Origin: Syntrophorhabdaceae bacterium
GTDB lineage: Bacteria; Desulfobacterota; Syntrophorhabdia; Syntrophorhabdales; Syntrophorhabdaceae
Length of the DNA stretch: 64,000 nucleotides
Direction: 5' to 3'
NCBI GenBank assembly: GCA_963665295.1
Contig: OY762209.1
Coordinates: 5,024,001-5,088,000, forward strand
A model generated the notes under the pieces. The model was given only the letters and a program-made list of their open reading frames with translations, was not told the origin of the DNA and made no database searches. Of this stretch, positions 59,552 to 64,000 are shown in pieces. The stretch's first letter is position 1. Each line of letters starts with the position of its first letter. Position numbers and translations under genes: made by a program.

Positions 59552-60751
59552 TTATTTGTTCACCATCGCCCGTACGCGCAGCCGGAGGGCATTCAGCTTT
59601 ATGAAGCCTCCCGCGTCTCTCTGGTCGTATACCGCGTCCTTGTCAAAGGTGGCAAAATCTTTCATATAGTACGACTTATCGGACTTTCTGCCTACTACCG
59701 TGCAGTTGCCCTTGTAAAGTTTCACCCTCACCGTGCCTGTCACGCCCTTCTGCGACTCGTTGACAAAGGCCTTGATGGCCTCCATCTCCGGGGTATACCA
59801 GAACCCATAATAGATGAGGTCCGCTATCTTCGGGATCAGGCTGTCCCTGAGATGCATTACTTCCCTGTCCATGGTGATGGTTTCCATGCCCCTGTGGGCG
59901 GCCATCAGGACCGTGCATCCCGGTGTTTCATACACGCCTCTCGATTTCATACCCACGAACCGGTTCTCCACGATATCGACCCGGCCTATGCCGTTTGCGC
60001 CGGCAAGCTTATTGAGATGGATAATGAGGTTGGCGGCGGACATCTCTTTCCCGTCCACTTTTACAGCCTCGCCGTCTACAAACTCGATTTCTATGTAGGT
60101 AGGTTTATCCGGCGCCTTTTCGGCGGAGACAGTGGTGAGGAACATGTCTTCAAGCGGCTCGTTCCACGGGTCTTCAAGCACGCCCCCCTCGTAGCTGATA
60201 TGCATGAGGTTCCTGTCCATGCTATAGGGTTTCGCCTTGCTCACGGGCACGTCGATGCCGTGTTTCTTTGCATAGTCTATGAGTTCGTCCCTCGAGGTAA
60301 AGTCCCATTCTCTCCAGGGGGCTATGATCTTTATGTTCGGCTCCATGGCGTAGAAGGTCAGCTCGAACCTTACCTGGTCGTTGCCTTTTCCCGTTGAGCC
60401 GTGGCATACGGCATCCGCCTTTTCCGCCCTCGCGATCTCTATGTGCCTTTTCGCGATAAGGGGTCTTGCAAGGGATGTGCCCATAAGATACGTACCCTCG
60501 TAGACTGCGTTTGCCTTTACGGCGAAAAAGATGAAGTCTTTTGCGAATTCTTCTTTCAGATCCTCTATATAGCACTTGGAAGCGCCCGTCTTGATGGCTT
60601 TTTCCTCAAGTCCGGTCAGTTCCTCTTCCTGGCCCACATCCGCCGCATAGGCGATAACCTCGCAATCGTACACGTCCTTCAGCCATTTGACGATTATCGA
60701 CGTATCGAGACCGCCCGAATATGCCAGCACTACCTTCTTCACTTCTCCCAT
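59552..60751 (-). CDS. argG: Argininosuccinate synthase
   Basis: [41 protein letters not shown]. Confidence 0.98.
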   Translation of the reverse strand: MGEVKKVVLAYSGGLDTSIIVKWLKDVYDCEVIAYAADVGQEEELTGLEEKAIKTGASKCYIEDLKEEFAKDFIFFAVKANAVYEGTYLMGTSLARPLIAKRHIEIARAEKADAVCHGSTGKGNDQVRFELTFYAMEPNIKIIAPWREWDFTSRDELIDYAKKHGIDVPVSKAKPYSMDRNLMHISYEGGVLEDPWNEPLEDMFLTTVSAEKAPDKPTYIEIEFVDGEAVKVDGKEMSAANLIIHLNKLAGANGIGRVDIVENRFVGMKSRGVYETPGCTVLMAAHRGMETITMDREVMHLRDSLIPKIADLIYYGFWYTPEMEAIKAFVNESQKGVTGTVRVKLYKGNCTVVGRKSDKSYYMKDFATFDKDAVYDQRDAGGFIKLNALRLRVRAMVNK

Positions 60752-60883
60752 CTTAAACCTCCATCGTTTAAATCAGTGTAAAATCAGGAATGAACACCAC
60801 ATTACCGGCGCCTTTCGCGCGCCCTTCCGCCTTTCATTCCCCGTCACTCTTCATTTTCCGTCCACGGGTCCGTGGCTCAGGGT

Positions 60884-61801
60884 TCACTGTCCCGTTATGA
60901 GCCATTCCAGGAGGGCCTTCTGTGTGTGCAGCCGGTTTTCGGCCTGGGCGAAGATCACGTCCTGATTCGTCTCGAATACCTTGTCCGAGATCTCCTTATT
61001 CCTGTGGGCCGGAAGGCAGTGCATCACCACCGCGTCTTTGCCGGCCACGTCCAGGAGCTTCTCGTCGACCTTGAAGGAGGCGAACTTCATCGTCTTCTCC
61101 GTCTGCTGGTTCTCCTGACCCATACTTACCCATACATCCGTATAAACTACATCGGCGCCCTTCACCGCCTCGAAGGGGTCGTTCGTAAACTCGAACCGGG
61201 GGTTCTCCTTTGCCCTGTCAAGCAATGTCCTTATGGGCTCATATTTCTCCGGCGTCGCCATGGAGAACTGGAGTCCGAAAAGTATCGACGCCTCCAGCAG
61301 CGAATTCGCCACATTGTTGCCGTCCCCGACATAGGCGATCTTGACGTCCTCAAAACTCCCTTTGAACTCCTCTATGGTAAAAAGATCGGCAAGTATCTGG
61401 CACGGATGGTAAAGGTCGGATAGGCCGTTAATGAGGGGCACCCTCGACCATTGGGCGAACTCATCCACCAGGGCCTGTCCGTAGGTCCTTATCATTATGG
61501 CATCCACGTAACGGCCCAGCACGCGCGCCGTATCTTTAACGGGCTCGCCCCTCCCCACCTGGGTGTCCGTGGAGCTTAAGAACATGGCGTATCCGCCCAG
61601 TTCCCACATTCCGATCTCGAAGGAAACCCTCGTTCTCGTGGACGACTTTTCGAATATCATGGCAAGGGTCTTGTCCTTGAGGGGCTTATACTCCTTCCCC
61701 TCCTTCCTCATATCTTTCAGGAACCGGGCCCTGTCCAGGAGGTACCGGCATTCCTCCTTGCTCACATCGAGGAACTTCGTAAAATCTCGTTTTGGACTCA
61801 T
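60884..61801 (-). CDS. argF: Ornithine carbamoyltransferase
   Basis: STRTR, HPCQ, DVWVSMG, HCLP. Confidence 0.97.
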   Translation of the reverse strand: MSPKRDFTKFLDVSKEECRYLLDRARFLKDMRKEGKEYKPLKDKTLAMIFEKSSTRTRVSFEIGMWELGGYAMFLSSTDTQVGRGEPVKDTARVLGRYVDAIMIRTYGQALVDEFAQWSRVPLINGLSDLYHPCQILADLFTIEEFKGSFEDVKIAYVGDGNNVANSLLEASILFGLQFSMATPEKYEPIRTLLDRAKENPRFEFTNDPFEAVKGADVVYTDVWVSMGQENQQTEKTMKFASFKVDEKLLDVAGKDAVVMHCLPAHRNKEISDKVFETNQDVIFAQAENRLHTQKALLEWLITGQ

Positions 61802-61810
61802 AGCTCTTCC

Positions 61811-63016
61811 TCACACCTTATTGCCCACGGGCTGTCTTGAAAAGATGCCGTCCGCTGTTTCGAGAAACAGGTCGATCTCTTCTTTTTTTACAATCAAAGG
61901 AGGCACCAACCGCAGTATTTTCCCCTTGGTGCAATTCAGGATAATACCCTCCTTCATGAACTCCCGTTGCACGGCGTCCCCGTCGATATCAAGCTCCGCT
62001 CCGAGGATAAGTCCCATGCCCCGTACATCCTTTATGAAAGAATACTTCTTCTGCAGCGACAGGAGACCTTCGTAGAGGTACTTCCCCACCACTTCACAGT
62101 TCTTTATCACCCCTTCATCGATAAGGGTGTTGATCGTGGCGATCACAGCCGCCGACGCAAGGGGGTTCCCGCCGAAGGTCGATGCGTGGGTCCCCGGCTC
62201 GAAGGCCTGCATCACCTCGTCCTTGGCCACGATGGCGCCCACGGGAAAACCGTTTCCCAGGGCCTTGGCGAGGCTCATGATATCGGGCTCGATGCCATAG
62301 TGCTCGTACCCGAAGAACGTGCCCGTCCTCCCCATGCCCGTCTGAACCTCATCGAGGATGAGGAGTATGTCCTTTTCCCTGGTAAATGTCCTCAGGGCCT
62401 GGAGGTATTCCTTCTTTGCGGGATATATGCCTCCCTCCGCCTGTATGGGTTCGAGCATTACCGCGCAGGTCTTGTCGGTTACGGCCTTCTCCACTGCCTC
62501 CATATCATTGAAGGGCACATAGGTAAACCCGGGCAGAAGGGGCGCGAACCCTTCATGAAATTTGAACTGCCCCGTGGCGGACAAGGTGCACATGGTTCTG
62601 CCGTGGAAAGAGTTTTCCATGACCACTATTTCATACCGGCCCTCTCCGTACTTCTTCCATGAATATCTCCGGGCAAGCTTTATGGCGGCCTCATTGGCTT
62701 CCGCGCCGCTGTTGCAGAAAAAGACCTTGTCTCCGAATGAATTCTCCACGAGAAGCCTCGCGGCTTTTATTTGAGGCTCCATATAAAAGAGATTCGAGGT
62801 ATGAAAAAGCTTCGCTGCCTGGGCGCTCAACCCCTCGGCCACTTCTTTCCTCGCATGACCCAGGTTACACACCGCGATGCCCGCAAGAAAGTCGAGGTAC
62901 CTCCTGCCGTCCATATCCCACAGCCAGCACCCCTCGCCTTTCGTGGCCACTATGGGATACCGGGTATAGGTGTTCGCAATATACCGGCCGGCCCTTTCCA
63001 TCAGTTCCTCATGCAT
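61811..63016 (-). CDS. argD: Acetylornithine aminotransferase
   Basis: DFLAGIAV..LGH, NSGAEANE, FHGRT, DEVQTG, AKALG.G, HASTFGGNP; within the arg operon. Confidence 0.95.
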   Translation of the reverse strand: MHEELMERAGRYIANTYTRYPIVATKGEGCWLWDMDGRRYLDFLAGIAVCNLGHARKEVAEGLSAQAAKLFHTSNLFYMEPQIKAARLLVENSFGDKVFFCNSGAEANEAAIKLARRYSWKKYGEGRYEIVVMENSFHGRTMCTLSATGQFKFHEGFAPLLPGFTYVPFNDMEAVEKAVTDKTCAVMLEPIQAEGGIYPAKKEYLQALRTFTREKDILLILDEVQTGMGRTGTFFGYEHYGIEPDIMSLAKALGNGFPVGAIVAKDEVMQAFEPGTHASTFGGNPLASAAVIATINTLIDEGVIKNCEVVGKYLYEGLLSLQKKYSFIKDVRGMGLILGAELDIDGDAVQREFMKEGIILNCTKGKILRLVPPLIVKKEEIDLFLETADGIFSRQPVGNKV

Positions 63017-63019
63017 CTG

Positions 63020-63859
63020 TCAGCCTCCTATGATCTCGGTGCCGACACCGGAATCAGTAAATATTTCAAGTAAAATAGCGTGGGGAACCCTTCCGTCGAC
63101 CACGTGGGTCTCTTTCACCCCGGCCCTCACCGCGTCAATGCAACACGTCACTTTTGGAATCATCCCGCCGGACACGGTCTTGTTTTCCACAAGCTTCATC
63201 ACTTCACTTTCCTTCAAGGTGGAGAAAAGCTTTCCTTCCCTGTCGAGCACGCCTTCCACATCAGTGAGGAGGATAAGCTTCTCCGCCGACATGGCCTTCG
63301 CGATACTCCCTGCGGCCGTATCGGCGTTGACATTGTAGGAATGCCCGTCCACGCCGTCCGCGATAGGGGCCACAACCGGGATATATCCGTGTCTGCTTAT
63401 ATCCTTCAGGATATCGACGTTCACGTTCACGACCTCGCCTACAAAGCCAATTTCCTTATTCTTTACCTGCTCGGCGACAAGAAGTCTTCCGTCTTTTCCC
63501 GAAAGACCTATGGCCTTCCCCCCCATGTCGTTGATGTTCTTCACGATCTCTTTGTTCACGTGGCCGGAGAGGACCATTTCCGCGATCTCCAGGGTCTTCT
63601 GGTCCGTAACCCTGAGGCCGTCGATAAAGGCGGAAGGTATCTTGAGTTCCTTTAAGAGCCTGCCTATTTCCGGACCACCTCCGTGGACGACGATGGGGTT
63701 TATCCCTACGTATTTGAGGAGGACCACGTCCTTGGCGAACTCTTTTTTCAGGCTCTCTTCCTCCATGGCCGCCCCGCCGTATTTGATTACGAAGGTGGCG
63801 CCTGCGAAGGCCTTTATATAAGGAAGGGCCTCAAGTAAGGTTTCAATTTTTTCTCTCAT
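63020..63859 (-). CDS. argB: Acetylglutamate kinase
   Basis: EALPYI, VIKYGG, VHGGGP, GLRVTD, NVNAD, GGMIPKV. Confidence 0.97.
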   Translation of the reverse strand: MREKIETLLEALPYIKAFAGATFVIKYGGAAMEEESLKKEFAKDVVLLKYVGINPIVVHGGGPEIGRLLKELKIPSAFIDGLRVTDQKTLEIAEMVLSGHVNKEIVKNINDMGGKAIGLSGKDGRLLVAEQVKNKEIGFVGEVVNVNVDILKDISRHGYIPVVAPIADGVDGHSYNVNADTAAGSIAKAMSAEKLILLTDVEGVLDREGKLFSTLKESEVMKLVENKTVSGGMIPKVTCCIDAVRAGVKETHVVDGRVPHAILLEIFTDSGVGTEIIGG

Positions 63860-64000
63860 AATATGTACCTGCTCAGATCGTCTTTTTCGAGAAACTCTCC
63901 GAGTTTCTCCCTTACATACTCTTTTGTCACGGTAATCTTCTCTTCCTTTGTATCCGGCGCGGAAAAGGATATGTCTTCAAGGAGTTTCTCCATCACCGTG
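63856..64000 (-). CDS. hslU: ATP-dependent protease ATPase HslU, C-terminal fragment (gene runs off window)
   Basis: [16 protein letters not shown]...EYV.EKL.....[12 protein letters not shown]; TGA overlaps the argB ATG. Confidence 0.9.
   Translation of the reverse strand, partial: TVMEKLLEDISFSAPDTKEEKITVTKEYVREKLGEFLEKDDLSRYIL

Overview
64-kb bacterial chromosome segment. Gene content (hslU-argBDFG, leuS-lptE, PxxKW Cys-rich protein, kdsB, fixABCX, ior genes, OmpB-like multicopper oxidase) points to an anaerobic Gram-negative deltaproteobacterium, possibly Syntrophorhabdus-like; this is an inference. About 45 CDS. The left ~51 kb is a mosaic of accessory transport, redox, regulatory and secreted-protein genes; the right ~12 kb is core housekeeping. 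I found no rRNA, tRNA, CRISPR array, transposase or integrase. The best candidate for a new system is an orphan cytoplasmic 764-aa protein (17255-19549, minus strand). It fuses a trypsin-like serine protease (H195/D245/S343) to an S1/P1-nuclease/Zn-phospholipase-C-type domain that keeps all Zn ligands. The required N-terminal ligand of that domain is buried mid-chain, suggesting a self-cleaving, protease-armed toxin or defence zymogen. Other notable items: a shared GTATAC-N-GTATAC operator linking three catabolic operons; two IorA paralogs with complementary losses; a MarR operator pair; probably leaderless uvrA and pcnB; sigma54 and sigma28 promoters; several MITE/REP-like palindromic elements; a Q/P-rich repeat lipoprotein; and a frameshifted multicopper oxidase. 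All family calls come from motif recognition by eye; no database searches were run.
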